A stretch of 62,570 bases of DNA, the filler included. It is 14 parts of 14 records of this genome, joined end to end, with 100 filler letters (N's around TTAATTAATTAA, not from the genome) between each part and the next. Parts side by side here need not be neighbours in the genome. Positions count along the whole stretch, not along the records: positions 13,302 to 33,682 come from SRR9188676_2548; positions 33,783 to 35,911 come from SRR9188676_2552; positions 36,012 to 38,692 come from SRR9188676_2555; positions 38,793 to 41,506 come from SRR9188676_2557; 10 more parts are not named here. One strand, 5' to 3'. Below the pieces are notes generated by a model, which was not told the DNA's origin, did no database searches, and was given only the letters and a program-made list of their open reading frames with translations. Positions within the stretch are counted from its first letter, which is position 1; each line of letters begins with the position of its first letter. A program made the position numbers and the translations under genes. This document shows positions 28,283-41,606 of the stretch, in pieces.

Positions 28283-30460
28283 TTAAATTTTAAACTGTAA
28301 AGTAGCCACAATACTTCTTCCATCCGAGCTCCAAACACCCACGCCAGGGTAACCCGTCGGACGTTTGGTAAAGTATTGTGTATTAGTAAAATTATTCACG
28401 CCTAATTTAAAAGTATAGTTTTTCGCTATTCTTAATGAAGCATTGAAATCAAAAATTCCATAAGCTGGTACCAAACCTTTAGCACCATCCACACTTGGTT
28501 TTTCTGTATTTAGCGCATCTGAATAACTATCTGCCACATAACTATACTGCAAAGTAGCGCTCAATGTTTTGTGTGTAAGCGTTACTCCATTTCTGCTAAT
28601 CCATTTCGGTACAGTTTCTAAACGATTACCCACGATACTTTTGTTTTCTCCATTCAAAGTAACTGAACCTTTCACATAACTGGCATCAAAATACGAAGTT
28701 GCAGTAAAAATAGAAAGTTCAGTGTTTTTCATTTTAATCGGTTTGGCTTCCACAAATACTTCTAAGCCTTTCGTGACACTACTTCCAACATTGGTTTTAT
28801 AGACAAAATTATTTCCGTTGGCATCTGGTAAAATCAAACTTCCAATTCGATTATTATACTGAATCTGGAAATACGTAATATCAAAATTCAACTTTTGTTT
28901 ATGATTTCCTCTAATACCAACTTCAATATTGTGACCAGAAGCATCCTTAAGATTTTGATCAGTAACATCCAAAGCCGTTGGCGGAATAATGTCCGAGAAA
29001 ATTACGGGACGATATGCCTGCGACCAACCTCCATAAATTTTCAAATGATTGTTCAACTTATATTGAGTATTCACACCAAAAAGTGGGAAAGAATGTTTAA
29101 TCTCGTTAGGCACTTTTTCGGAAGCTAAATACTTAATATAGCCCGACATTTTGGTAACGCCATTTTCTATACGAAAGGCTGGCGAAATATTAAATTGTGG
29201 TGTAACATAAAAGATATTTTCTACAAAAACAGCTACATTTTGTGTTTTATAATGTAAATCTCTTCCCCAAGCTGGGTCAACTAAAGTTAAATCATAATCT
29301 GTACCTGTTGTTCCTTTTCCTAATTGTTGGCGATGCAAATCATTATTGATGTACCGAATGCCTCCAACTAAAGTATTTTTAAAGTTTCCGATAGAATAAT
29401 GCTTCGTCAAACGTAATTCAGAAGAGTAACTATTAAAATTATCAATATCCACCTGACGATTTTTGTATTGGTCTGTCGTTGGGTCAATCACATCTGGCAC
29501 AGTTGCTAAAGCCACAATTTGTACACTACTTCTTGTCCCTAAAACAGCAGAATTTATCCAATTTAACTGCGTACTTTCATTAATTTTCCAATCAAACGAA
29601 AGTGAAGGAACGATAATATCTGGACTAAAATAATTTCTACTTCTAGTTGACTGCCTTGGATTTTGGTTAAACATTTCGTCCGTCAATGGACCAGGAATTT
29701 GGTAAACGTAAGTACTTCTTCCGATTTCAGCCTTCGCTTTCAATTTAGAAGAAAAATCATATTCTAAGGTTAAAAACTGAGCCTCAGCATCTGACTTAGC
29801 ATTTTTTCGATAACCGTCCGAAACTCTTTTCTGAAAATATCCATAATATTTAAGCTTTCCAATCTTTCCCCCAATGGCGTTGTAAGTACTAAAAAGTCCA
29901 TACGAACCCATAGAACTAATACTTTCGAAAGAGATTTTCTTTGTTGAATCGGCTTGTTTTGTGATATAATTAATCATGCCTCCAAACTGCGCTCCATATT
30001 GTAGAGAAGCTGTTCCACGAACCATTTCAATCTTTTGAATAGATTCCATCGGCGGACTATAATGACTGGCTGGATAGCCATAAATATCACTATTGGTCAT
30101 AATTCCATTTTGTCGAACATTATATTCCCAACTACGGTGTGGGTCGAGTCCACGAGTAGAAATATTCATTTGGTTTCCAGAGCCATCCATATCATACACA
30201 AAAGCTCCCGCTACTTTAGCAAAAATTTGTCTGCCAGTTTTCTCTGAAATATTCGCATTAAGGTTACTTACAGCAATTACTTCATATTTTTTTCCAGAAA
30301 AAATATAGCTATTATGAACATCTCCTAGATTATTTTCATCCTGCCTATAGGCTTTGATTTCTACTTCATCAAGTTGTTTAACTTTGTTAGAATCTACTGT
30401 CGTTTTTTGACCAAATATAAGGGAGGGAATTATTAAAAAGGGGAGGAAAAAGTATTTCAT
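28283..30460 (-). CDS. TonB-dependent receptor (FecA-like, probable metal/siderophore uptake)
   Basis: LDEVEIKA TonB-box-like motif, plug motif IEMVRGTASLQYGAQFGGMINY, and a beta-barrel ending GVNNFTNTQYF...DGRSIVATLQFKI. Confidence 0.9.
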   Translation of the reverse strand: MKYFFLPFLIIPSLIFGQKTTVDSNKVKQLDEVEIKAYRQDENNLGDVHNSYIFSGKKYEVIAVSNLNANISEKTGRQIFAKVAGAFVYDMDGSGNQMNISTRGLDPHRSWEYNVRQNGIMTNSDIYGYPASHYSPPMESIQKIEMVRGTASLQYGAQFGGMINYITKQADSTKKISFESISSMGSYGLFSTYNAIGGKIGKLKYYGYFQKRVSDGYRKNAKSDAEAQFLTLEYDFSSKLKAKAEIGRSTYVYQIPGPLTDEMFNQNPRQSTRSRNYFSPDIIVPSLSFDWKINESTQLNWINSAVLGTRSSVQIVALATVPDVIDPTTDQYKNRQVDIDNFNSYSSELRLTKHYSIGNFKNTLVGGIRYINNDLHRQQLGKGTTGTDYDLTLVDPAWGRDLHYKTQNVAVFVENIFYVTPQFNISPAFRIENGVTKMSGYIKYLASEKVPNEIKHSFPLFGVNTQYKLNNHLKIYGGWSQAYRPVIFSDIIPPTALDVTDQNLKDASGHNIEVGIRGNHKQKLNFDITYFQIQYNNRIGSLILPDANGNNFVYKTNVGSSVTKGLEVFVEAKPIKMKNTELSIFTATSYFDASYVKGSVTLNGENKSIVGNRLETVPKWISRNGVTLTHKTLSATLQYSYVADSYSDALNTEKPSVDGAKGLVPAYGIFDFNASLRIAKNYTFKLGVNNFTNTQYFTKRPTGYPGVGVWSSDGRSIVATLQFKI

Positions 30461-30480
30461 ATTGATGAATCAAAGGCTAA

Positions 30481-30525
30481 ATGTGTTATTTTTCCAAAAT
30501 TATGGAAAAACACATTTTATTCCAA
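30481..30525 (-). promoter_or_regulatory. Bacteroidota-type promoter of the TonB receptor, overlapped by an inverted repeat
   Basis: Minus-strand TAATTTTG (30502-30495) matches the -7 consensus TAnnTTTG, with TTG 20 nt upstream. The IR ATGTGTTATTTTTCCA...TGGAAAAACACAT spans 30481-30515. Confidence 0.5.
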
Positions 30526-30554
30526 CAATCAGGACTTAATTATTTAGAATCTTT

Positions 30555-33464
30555 CTAATCTTTCAATAGCCACTTTATCACTGTTTTTTCAATAGTTGCT
30601 TTCAAAACAGGCTTCGTTACATAATCATCCATTCCAGCTTCCATACATCTCTCTTTTTCACCAACAATTGTTTCTGCCGTCAAAGCTATAATTGGCACTC
30701 TCTTTCCTTCTTTTTCAAGTGCTCTGATAATTTTGGTAGCATCATAGCCACCAATTTCAGGCATTTGTACATCCATAAAAATAATGTCAGGATTATTCTC
30801 TTTAAATTTTTCTACTGCGATTTTTCCATTCTCAGCTTCAACAACTTTTGCTTCAGGAAATAACTTGCTAAAAATTGTTCTAGCCAACAACATATTGATT
30901 GGGTTGTCTTCAGCAATAAGAATTTTAATCTTACCAAATTTGCATTCCGCTTTTAATACAAGAGGTTTTTCTTCAACATATATATTTTCAGCAGGTTCAA
31001 TTTTATTGATTAATTCATGAAGAGCAGTATATAATTGCTGAATTTTAATTGGCTTTACTAAACGTTGTTTAATCCCCAATTCTTCACAAGCTTTTGTAAT
31101 TTCATAATCATCCGAAGAGCTGTATAAAAGCATGATAGGCTGTGCATCAACAGATAATTTCAAATCTTCTCTAATACTTCTTGCCGTTTCAATACCGTTC
31201 ATTTCAGGCATTTTATAATCTAGCAAAATGGCATCATAACGTTTTCCGGAACGAAGCAATTCAATGGCATTTTTTCCATTACTTACTTGCTCAGAATGAA
31301 TAGATTTTAATGCCAACATTTCCTTCAAAATCACACGATTATTGGCATTGTCATCAACAATTAGAATATTCTCAACTTTATCTAAATCATTATTCCATTC
31401 TACGGCTTCACCTTCCAAGGTTTTCAAAGTAATATCAAAGAAAAAAGTACTTCCTTCTCCCATTTCGCTTTCTACTTGTAGCTGACTGCCCATCAAGCCC
31501 AAAAGTTTATTCGAAATAGTTAATCCCAAACCTGTACCACCAAATTTTCTAGTCGTAGAAGCATCTTCTTGCGAAAAGGCAGTAAATATTTTTTGTTGAT
31601 TACTTGGGTCTATCCCAACGCCAGTATCTCTCACTTGAAATCTGAATCTTACATTTTTATCAAGCTCTGTTTTAAGAATGAAAATTTTCAACTCAATCTC
31701 TCCTGAATTTGTAAACTTTACAGCATTTCCTAAAAGATTTACTAAAACCTGACGCAAACGAACAGAATCAACCCAAATAAATCGAGGAATATCAGATTGT
31801 ATATTTAATAAAATCTCAAGTCCTTTTTCATTTGCCTGATAAGTAACAATATCCATTACTTGTTCTCCAAGTTTGTACAAATCGTATTGCTCAATCGAAA
31901 GTTCTAATTTTCCAGCTTCAATTTTCGAGAAATCTAAAATATCATTAATAATATCTAAAAGTGAATTGGCAGATTGAAAAACAGTTGACATATACTGTTT
32001 TTGCGTATTGTCTAGTTTGGTTTTCATTAATAAATCTACAAAACCAATCACTCCATTCAATGGCGTACGAATTTCATGGCTCATATTTGCCAAAAATTCA
32101 GATTTTGCTCTTCCACCCTGTTCAGCTTGTTCTTTTGCTCTTCGCAAAGAAGAAGCAAATCGGTAAGATAAAATCAGGTTTTGAAAAAATATAAAACCTA
32201 AAAAACCGAAAATAAAGTAAAAAGGAGAAGCATCTAATACTTTTAGATAGCTCAAGATTGTCAAACCGATAGCAATACCTAATGACAAAAAACTCAAAAA
32301 AGCGTATTTCGACCCTACTCTTTTGTTCATCAAAGCTCGAATTGCGACATAAAAACTATAAACAATAAAGAGTAAGACGACAATTAAGAATAATTGAGAG
32401 GCAAGTGTGAAAAAAGAAATCGGAGTAAAGACTAAAAGCCCAATATAAAATAGACTTGAAATACTCACAAACTTAATAAACCAATCACGAGTTTCATCAG
32501 GATATAAATCTTTCAGAAACAATGTGAAGATAAAAATGCAGAAAAATATAGCAAAGTATTCAATGTAAATGGTAAGATACCAATTCAAATTTGGGAAAAG
32601 ATGATGCAAATAGTATTGCTTATCAACTCCTATAATTCTATAGATAAAAAATAGACAGAAGAGTGCGAAATACAAAATTTCTCGGTCACGTTGTCCCATA
32701 AAGTAAAGTCCGAAGAAGAACAAACTTCCCATAAACAATACTCCAGTTAATAATAAATCCGAAGCAATTTCTCTTTCTCTTTGTTCCTTCATGACTTCAT
32801 CATCACCCAAAACAATCATTTGAGAAATTCCCCCTTTATAATGCTCAAAATTCGCAACCTGAAGAACTAATTTTAAAGTATCAGAATCAGCATAATAGTC
32901 TCTAAGAATAGGTAACCATTGAGGTTTGTATTCATCTCTATTCTTTGAAACGACACCATTTTTGGCAAATAATTCACCATTCACCCAAAAATTAAAAGTA
33001 CAATAAGTAGCAGGAAGGAAAAAAGCCAGAGATGGATTTTTCTTATGGTCAATAATTAAATCTAAAGTATAAGTGGCAATACCAAAAGCCTTATAAGGAA
33101 TATCTAATTGTTCGTGTTTATTCCATACTTTGGTTAAGTCTGTATAGTAATTTGGTTTTGTCTTTGAAGTAATTTCATTTGGATTTAATAATTGATTCCA
33201 ATAAAAAGCCCAAGGACCTTTTAAATCAGCATTATCATTTTTGAAATTATGTTTTCTTAAATCTAAAACGCCTTCATTGGCATGATATTCGGCGGCGGGC
33301 AAACTAAAAGAAGTAATTAATGATAGGAATAAAACAGCAAACATAATCATCTTACGCTTAGCGTACTTGTTTTCACAAACATAATACGGCATAATACGAC
33401 TCATATTTTGACTTCGTTTTGGCAAGTACCTATATTTATGAATTTCTAAAAAGAAGTTTTCCAT
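30555..33464 (-). CDS. Hybrid sensor histidine kinase: 7TMR-DISM extracellular/7TM sensor + HisKA + HATPase + two receiver domains (start may be an internal Met)
   Basis: GVLDLRKH...[17 protein letters not shown] ectodomain, ~7 TM helices, [64 protein letters not shown]. Confidence 0.94.
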   Translation of the reverse strand: MENFFLEIHKYRYLPKRSQNMSRIMPYYVCENKYAKRKMIMFAVLFLSLITSFSLPAAEYHANEGVLDLRKHNFKNDNADLKGPWAFYWNQLLNPNEITSKTKPNYYTDLTKVWNKHEQLDIPYKAFGIATYTLDLIIDHKKNPSLAFFLPATYCTFNFWVNGELFAKNGVVSKNRDEYKPQWLPILRDYYADSDTLKLVLQVANFEHYKGGISQMIVLGDDEVMKEQREREIASDLLLTGVLFMGSLFFFGLYFMGQRDREILYFALFCLFFIYRIIGVDKQYYLHHLFPNLNWYLTIYIEYFAIFFCIFIFTLFLKDLYPDETRDWFIKFVSISSLFYIGLLVFTPISFFTLASQLFLIVVLLFIVYSFYVAIRALMNKRVGSKYAFLSFLSLGIAIGLTILSYLKVLDASPFYFIFGFLGFIFFQNLILSYRFASSLRRAKEQAEQGGRAKSEFLANMSHEIRTPLNGVIGFVDLLMKTKLDNTQKQYMSTVFQSANSLLDIINDILDFSKIEAGKLELSIEQYDLYKLGEQVMDIVTYQANEKGLEILLNIQSDIPRFIWVDSVRLRQVLVNLLGNAVKFTNSGEIELKIFILKTELDKNVRFRFQVRDTGVGIDPSNQQKIFTAFSQEDASTTRKFGGTGLGLTISNKLLGLMGSQLQVESEMGEGSTFFFDITLKTLEGEAVEWNNDLDKVENILIVDDNANNRVILKEMLALKSIHSEQVSNGKNAIELLRSGKRYDAILLDYKMPEMNGIETARSIREDLKLSVDAQPIMLLYSSSDDYEITKACEELGIKQRLVKPIKIQQLYTALHELINKIEPAENIYVEEKPLVLKAECKFGKIKILIAEDNPINMLLARTIFSKLFPEAKVVEAENGKIAVEKFKENNPDIIFMDVQMPEIGGYDATKIIRALEKEGKRVPIIALTAETIVGEKERCMEAGMDDYVTKPVLKATIEKTVIKWLLKD

Positions 33465-33627
33465 CAGGATACTTGGTTAATTCATTCTACATAAAGTAGA
33501 AATTTGCTTATTTAATATTAGACTGCAAAAGAATATTAAATAATTCTTTTGTACAAAGATATTTTAAATATTCGATAAGTATTAATAATGGAGGGTTGGT
33601 GCTTTGTTTTTGATTTGTGTATAATGC

Positions 33628-33659
33628 AAAAGAGCTACCCATTAAGGTAGCTCTTTTTT
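33628..33659. terminator. Bidirectional intrinsic terminator
   Basis: AAAAGAGCTACC-CATTAA-GGTAGCTCTTTTTT. Confidence 0.75.
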
Positions 33660-33819
33660 AATATTTTTGGGGTTTATTTACTNNNNNNNNNNNNNNNNNN
33701 NNNNNNNNNNNNNNNNNNNNNNNNNNTTAATTAATTAANNNNNNNNNNNNNNNNNNNNNNNNNNNNNNNNNNNNNNNNNNNNAGAATTTTTCAGAGTCAA
33801 TATAAAGAAAATTCCAAAT

Positions 33820-35571
33820 CTAACTGTATACACTACGATCATCATCTCGATGAGCTTCAACAGCATGAAAATTGAAGTCCAGAGAGTGAAAACGAGAAGA
33901 TGGGCGAATTCCTCGGTCAGAATGGATGAGAAAAAAAACATCGATTTCTCCTCCGACTAAAAGACGGTTGGGATGCTCTCCGAAAACCTGGTGGGTAATA
34001 TTTCCAAATACCTTGGTAGGCACCATCTCCAGTCGGATTTGCACAAAATCATCGGCGGAGACATTCAAGTTGACAATCACTCTCTCCGAAGAGGAGAGTG
34101 CGGAGTGTGGTGTGTGTGGTGTCGGGGGCGGGGGCGGGGCCAGTGAGAGTGGAGGAGGACCAGAGGCCGCGGCAGTAGGCACATGCACATCTCTCGGGGA
34201 GGGTCGCGCGGTGTCCCGAGGTGACTCCCCAGCACTACGCCACGTGATCCATCGCCACAATGGAGATGCTGCTGATGTTCCCTGATTTATGGGGACAGAT
34301 AATGAAAGAAAAACATGTCAAGGACCAATGCAGCATCAAGAATGAAGAGAAATATGATTTCAAAAGACATAAACGGACCTAGAACAAATCGGAGTTGCTT
34401 GAACAGTATCAATGAAAACCCTCAGGTGGGTCAAATGTTTTGAGCTTATGTAGAGGCTGATTTGATTGATTCAAAAGAGTGGAAATGAAATATTTTAGGT
34501 TAGAAAGTAAGGAATGCCTCAGAGAATTTCGATGAGGTCCGGTGACTGGAGATGCCAATCATCAGGTTATAAAATCTGTAGTCAGGTGTGGATAGATTGA
34601 TCTGTATCTGGGTTGCACGTGGTATCATCCTGGTCGAAAGGGCCTCTTCATCAGTGGGGGAAGGTATTTCGCCAGTTGGTAATTTGGAGCTTCAGCGTCC
34701 CATTCCTCTGCAGATAAATTTCTGCTCACGTTTTGATGGGAATGGGAAGTGTAGACCTGTATCATCCAAGTTCCGGGAGGAGGGATCGCAGTGAATTTCA
34801 AAGATGCATTGGTACAAGTTTCATTTGGACGGGGTGATCTATTCTTGATATGGGGGTGGCTGAGGCTTTATCCCGAATTCATCAAAATGTCGCTGGATGA
34901 CTGAATGATCAATCGGGATTCGAGTTTGTGTAGTACAATTGCTAGACATGTCGAGTAACAATCCACCAAGCCTAAGCCTGACCCGGGATCACTTACGATT
35001 GACCGGGATATAGAAGAGAGATATACAAGAGAGAGATAATACATGAAGTCTTCTCGAGTAGCAAGTGAGACATTTTTGAGGGCGATATAATTGATGTTTT
35101 CCCCTGTCGTCTTTTGAAGACTTCCATGATATCAACATATTGTCACGAGGCTTCGTTGAAAAGTTGCGACCTTTCGAAGTAGGGCTCAACTTCCATCCTG
35201 TCTGGAAAAATTAGGACACATTTTTAAGCACACATAAAAGGGACATAGTGCGGCCAGGAGAGAAGATAAGTTGTGCTGGTGTGGAAGTGTGGATGTCTGG
35301 ATGGGGCCTTCTATCAATGAAGGGAAGGACATACCTGATCAGTGATGGTGGGAAGGGACGGGGCCGGAGAGGCAGGCGTGGCTGTCAAAGAGTGCAATTC
35401 CATTATTTGCAAAGTTAGGTGTACGTAGTCTGAGGCGTCCACGGTCAGCACCACGGCAACTCGCTCGGAGTTGATAGTATGCTTGTCATTGATGGTGCCC
35501 TTGTCGAGGTGAGGTGGAGAAGGAGAGGGAGAGGGAGAGGGAGGAGGGGGATGGCGAGAGGGCGGAGGCAA
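33820..35571 (-). other. Two related coding-like segments of unknown function (about 33820-34260 and 35314-35571)
   Basis: Each has a Pro-rich stretch followed by SERVIVNLNVSADDFVQIRLEMV or SERVAVVLTVDASDYVHLTLQIM. No family recognised. Confidence 0.4.
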
Positions 35572-36012
35572 TGACGAAGTTTCCGCCTTCTACATGACAC
35601 CACACAAGAGAGAATGTTGGCTGAATCATGACTATCCATAAGCAAGCGGTGTCATACCTTGTGATGGCGAGGAGGCATCGGGGTGAGATCCACAGTAACA
35701 TAGCCAGAGCTCTGCACTTGGAGAGTGACATGTACCAGGCAGTCACAAGCCGGGTCACCGTGGAGCTTGGTTGCCTTCCGTCTTCCCCAAGTAAACCAGC
35801 TCCAGAATGAGGAGTCGGTCTCGGACTCGGTGGCGCACATCACAGTCGATGCACTCGGACCGTCATGATCAGAGTGATGCCGGTGGTGGTGGTGGTGGTG
35901 ATGGTGATGGTNNNNNNNNNNNNNNNNNNNNNNNNNNNNNNNNNNNNNNNNNNNNTTAATTAATTAANNNNNNNNNNNNNNNNNNNNNNNNNNNNNNNNN
36001 NNNNNNNNNNNC

Positions 36013-38286
<2,274 letters not shown>

Positions 38287-38903
38287 TCATTTCAGTTGAA
38301 CTCGGACTATCAATCAGTGTATCAGAAGCATCAGAAGACCAACAGCAACAAAAATATGAATAAAGATCACAATGGTTCAGCTTACAATAGACATTCCCAG
38401 ACTGCTTAGCTACCTATACTATCCGTTGTGGTTCATGTCTCCGGTTCTCCTGCAGGTTCTCCGGCGGCCTGTGTTCTTCGTTGTTAACTTCCTTACGAAC
38501 CGGCGGGCACAGCGGATGAACAGGATTATCATTCTCAAACAAACCCCTCGATCATGAGTATCATGATAATCTTTCTCTTTGTTTTTTTGACATCACAATC
38601 CTGATGTTTATTAGATACTAGATACTATATCAATTAGTGTGTTTATTAGTAGATACCGTAAAGTTTCCATTATAGCTGCGCAGCTATATTCGNNNNNNNN
38701 NNNNNNNNNNNNNNNNNNNNNNNNNNNNNNNNNNNNTTAATTAATTAANNNNNNNNNNNNNNNNNNNNNNNNNNNNNNNNNNNNNNNNNNNNAATAATTC
38801 GATTTTGGGCCAACCCCGTCTCGCTCAAGCAGCTGGAGAGGGGAAGAGGGAGAGGAGAGGAGAGTGGAAAAGAGAGGGAGAGAAATGGTGAAAGGGGGCG
38901 TAC

Positions 38904-39986
38904 CGCCTCACTTGAGCATTCACCAACACACCAGGACGCAGAGTTTCAAAGCTCAGGGCATGTGACTCCTTGGCCATAGCCCTGCGGATAGCATCCTCGT
39001 CGGCACTGACCTCCACGGCCCGCTTGCCCTTGTTCACCTTGATGATGATCACATCAATCACCTGACCTGTGTGCAAGGTCTCACGCTTCCCGATCTTGTT
39101 CTTGGGCAAGAATGCCACAAGTTTCGGGATGCCGAGGGACAGCACATAGCCGTGATCCTCCTGGCTGCTCACGTATGCTGAGATAACCATATCTTGGTGG
39201 ATGTCATCGCGTCCGAAGCCGGCATTGACAAGTCGAGGGTTAATGGACAGGTCGATCACTTTGCGCTTGGTTTTTTCGGCTTTTTGCACAACACATCGCA
39301 CAAAGCTCCCTTCTTGCACAAGGTCAGATAGAGGTGGGACAGAAGAGGGAGAGGAAGTGTCACGCTCCTCATCGGAGTTTTCGGGTTCAGAGTCGGTGTT
39401 GTCATGATCTTCAATCAGCTTTGTGTAGGCATCAGAAATCTCCGTTCGAGAGATTTGACCTTTCAGATTATTTGGTAAACTAACAGTGACGTGAGTATCA
39501 GAGACTGATTTGACAACTCCGAGAACACTGAAACCGGGATTCAGCTCCTTGAACTTGAAAAGTACTGCACGCTTGGGGATAGCTGCCTTGGAAGAGAATT
39601 CCACTTCCTCATCACTCATATCATCATCAGACATATCGTCACCAGACTTCTTCTGCTTCTTTTTCTTATCGTTGCCATCTTCACCTGAATAACAGAGCAA
39701 TACAAGTGAGAATTCAATTCGATGAAGATGCCGATTCAACACGGAGGCACTGACCTCGTTTTCGTTTGCCGGATTTTCCTCCAGTTAAAGACATTGACTC
39801 AGAGAAGAAATCACGTTCAGCATCCTTTGTAGCTTCACGATACTCCAAAGGGGTCAGAGATGATCCACCACCACGAGGGAATGCATCCTGATCGGTCGGT
39901 GTCGCAACTGCCGAGCCAGCTTCAGGCCCCTTCTTCATGCCCTTCTTTTTGGGTTTATCCGAGTCGATTTTCTTAGCTCCTGCCAT
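38904..39986 (-). CDS. RRP5: RRP5/PDCD11 rRNA biogenesis protein (S1 repeats), 5' part; exons 39986-39755, 39684-38904
   Basis: DAFPRGGGSSLTPLEYRE N-terminal motif, VSLPNNLKGQISRTEISD, IDLSINPRLVN, SSQEDHGYVLSLG, LRPGVLVNAQV. Confidence 0.95.
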
Positions 39987-40120
39987 CTTTCTGTGACAAA
40001 AAACCCGAGAGATGGACTGGGAAGAAAAGTCGACTTCGGAGTTTATAAAACTCTGACGGTTCGTAAAAATGTTGCTTACCGATCACGTCAGTCAAGAGGT
40101 CGTGCCTGGCCAGAAATGAG

Positions 40121-40993
40121 ATGATGAATGCCAAATTCTGTGTAGGAAAGGACACAGTGAATTTATATATCGACCTTGAGAAGCGCAAAGCACTATATCC
40201 TCAAGAAGAGCCGGCGGATGGAACTGGTTTTGGCACCTCTCCAGTAGAGAATGAGGTGACAAAGGCTGTGCAAGGTTGATTTGTCTTTGTTTCATGAAAA
40301 TAATCTCATATCTTTCCATATATGACATGTAATACATCAGAAATTGTTGAAAAAAAGCATATCCCACCTCACGTCGAGCCATTCATCTCCTCATCACTCA
40401 TCCAACTGCAAGAATGTACGTGTGGTCCTTCGAAATCTTTATATTAAAACCTCCAGCTGACCCTTATTATCTGCACTAGTATATGAGAAGGAGAAAGCAA
40501 GATCTGCTTGGCAGAAAATGTCACATCAAGAGGCATTGAGCTGCCTCGGGGAATGGGATGAGAAATGGTCATTATCCATCGGAGGAGTCACAACACCCCC
40601 AGGTTCAGTGATAGGAGACTAGAAATGCCATGCTATCTTTATTTCTCATTGCCTGTGATACAGTGAGCGACCTGCTTGAGGAAGCCAATTTTGCAGAGGT
40701 CTTTCGTAAATTATTGCTCTCAAAAGATTTGTATGTATCGCTCCTCTTTTTTTGCCGGATACCTCTCATTATAAATCCTGTCTATACAGGAATGCAATCA
40801 ACACCATCCTTGAGCTCTACTACAGGTACAGTACACACTGATTCCATGGCATTCTCACGCTTTTGCTTCCACGTTGTCTCACGTGGATGTTTCCATTGCG
40901 ATTTTCAATATATATCCTCTCAGCTACTCGAGTGTGCTGACTGAGCTTGCCAACGAGCACATTGCGGCCATGAATGAGCTCCAAGAGCGCCAG
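40121..40993 (+). CDS. FERRY3: FERRY3/C12orf4-like (DUF2362) protein, 5' part; exons 40121-40274, 40341-40415, 40480-40602, 40664-40730, 40790-40825, 40924-40993
   Basis: Six GT-AG exons splice in frame to MMNAKFCVGKDTVNLYIDL...HIPPHVEPFISSSL...LGEWDEKW...EANFAEVFRKLLLSKDLNAINTILELYYSYSSVLTELANEHIAAMNELQERQ. This is collinear with C12orf4 as I recall it (YKFKVGSQCLELRVPL...FADVYHDL...[31 protein letters not shown]). Confidence 0.72.
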
Positions 40994-41606
40994 GTAACTC
41001 ATGGGTGCATTTTTTCTTTTCTTTTCTGAATCAGCCACTGTTAGCGCTGCCCGAAACAAAAACACAAATCTTATTCTTACACCTACCTCTGGCCATTCAA
41101 TTCTAATGTTCCTCACGGAAAGAATGAAACAGGAGATTTGAAACGATTACTGGAAAGGAAGTTACCGATGAATGAAATCGGTCAGTGAATGGGGCTGTGT
41201 TTGACCTCACGAACCCCAAGAGTAGCACTATTGCTTTCGATTCATAGGAAGTTCAGTTAATGGCTAGACCAGAAGGATTCCTATTTCTTTTTTGTCCGGA
41301 AATGACAGAAAATGAGCTGGTCCCTGTATTCAACAGCGTGCCGAGGTTACCCGTGCCGAGGTTACCGGTACCAACCAGAAACCTGCCACGGAGACAGATC
41401 CTGTGAATACTACTATGAAGGATGATTCATCATGTAACAGTCCTACAGCTCAATGCACTTTTTGGAATGCGGGGTGTGAGGATAGAGACCCCCTCCCTCC
41501 CTCCTCNNNNNNNNNNNNNNNNNNNNNNNNNNNNNNNNNNNNNNNNNNNNTTAATTAATTAANNNNNNNNNNNNNNNNNNNNNNNNNNNNNNNNNNNNNN
41601 NNNNNN

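Noticed and set aside
17952..32194. Short antisense or alternative-frame ORFs within the bacterial genes (e.g. 18408-18683, 20913-21278, 28895-29128, 31961-32194)
   Set aside because: Shadow ORFs fully overlapping well-supported long genes, with no motifs.
34500..34990. Coding-like minus-strand stretch with scattered stops
   Set aside because: No recognisable family, so I cannot support a pseudogene call.
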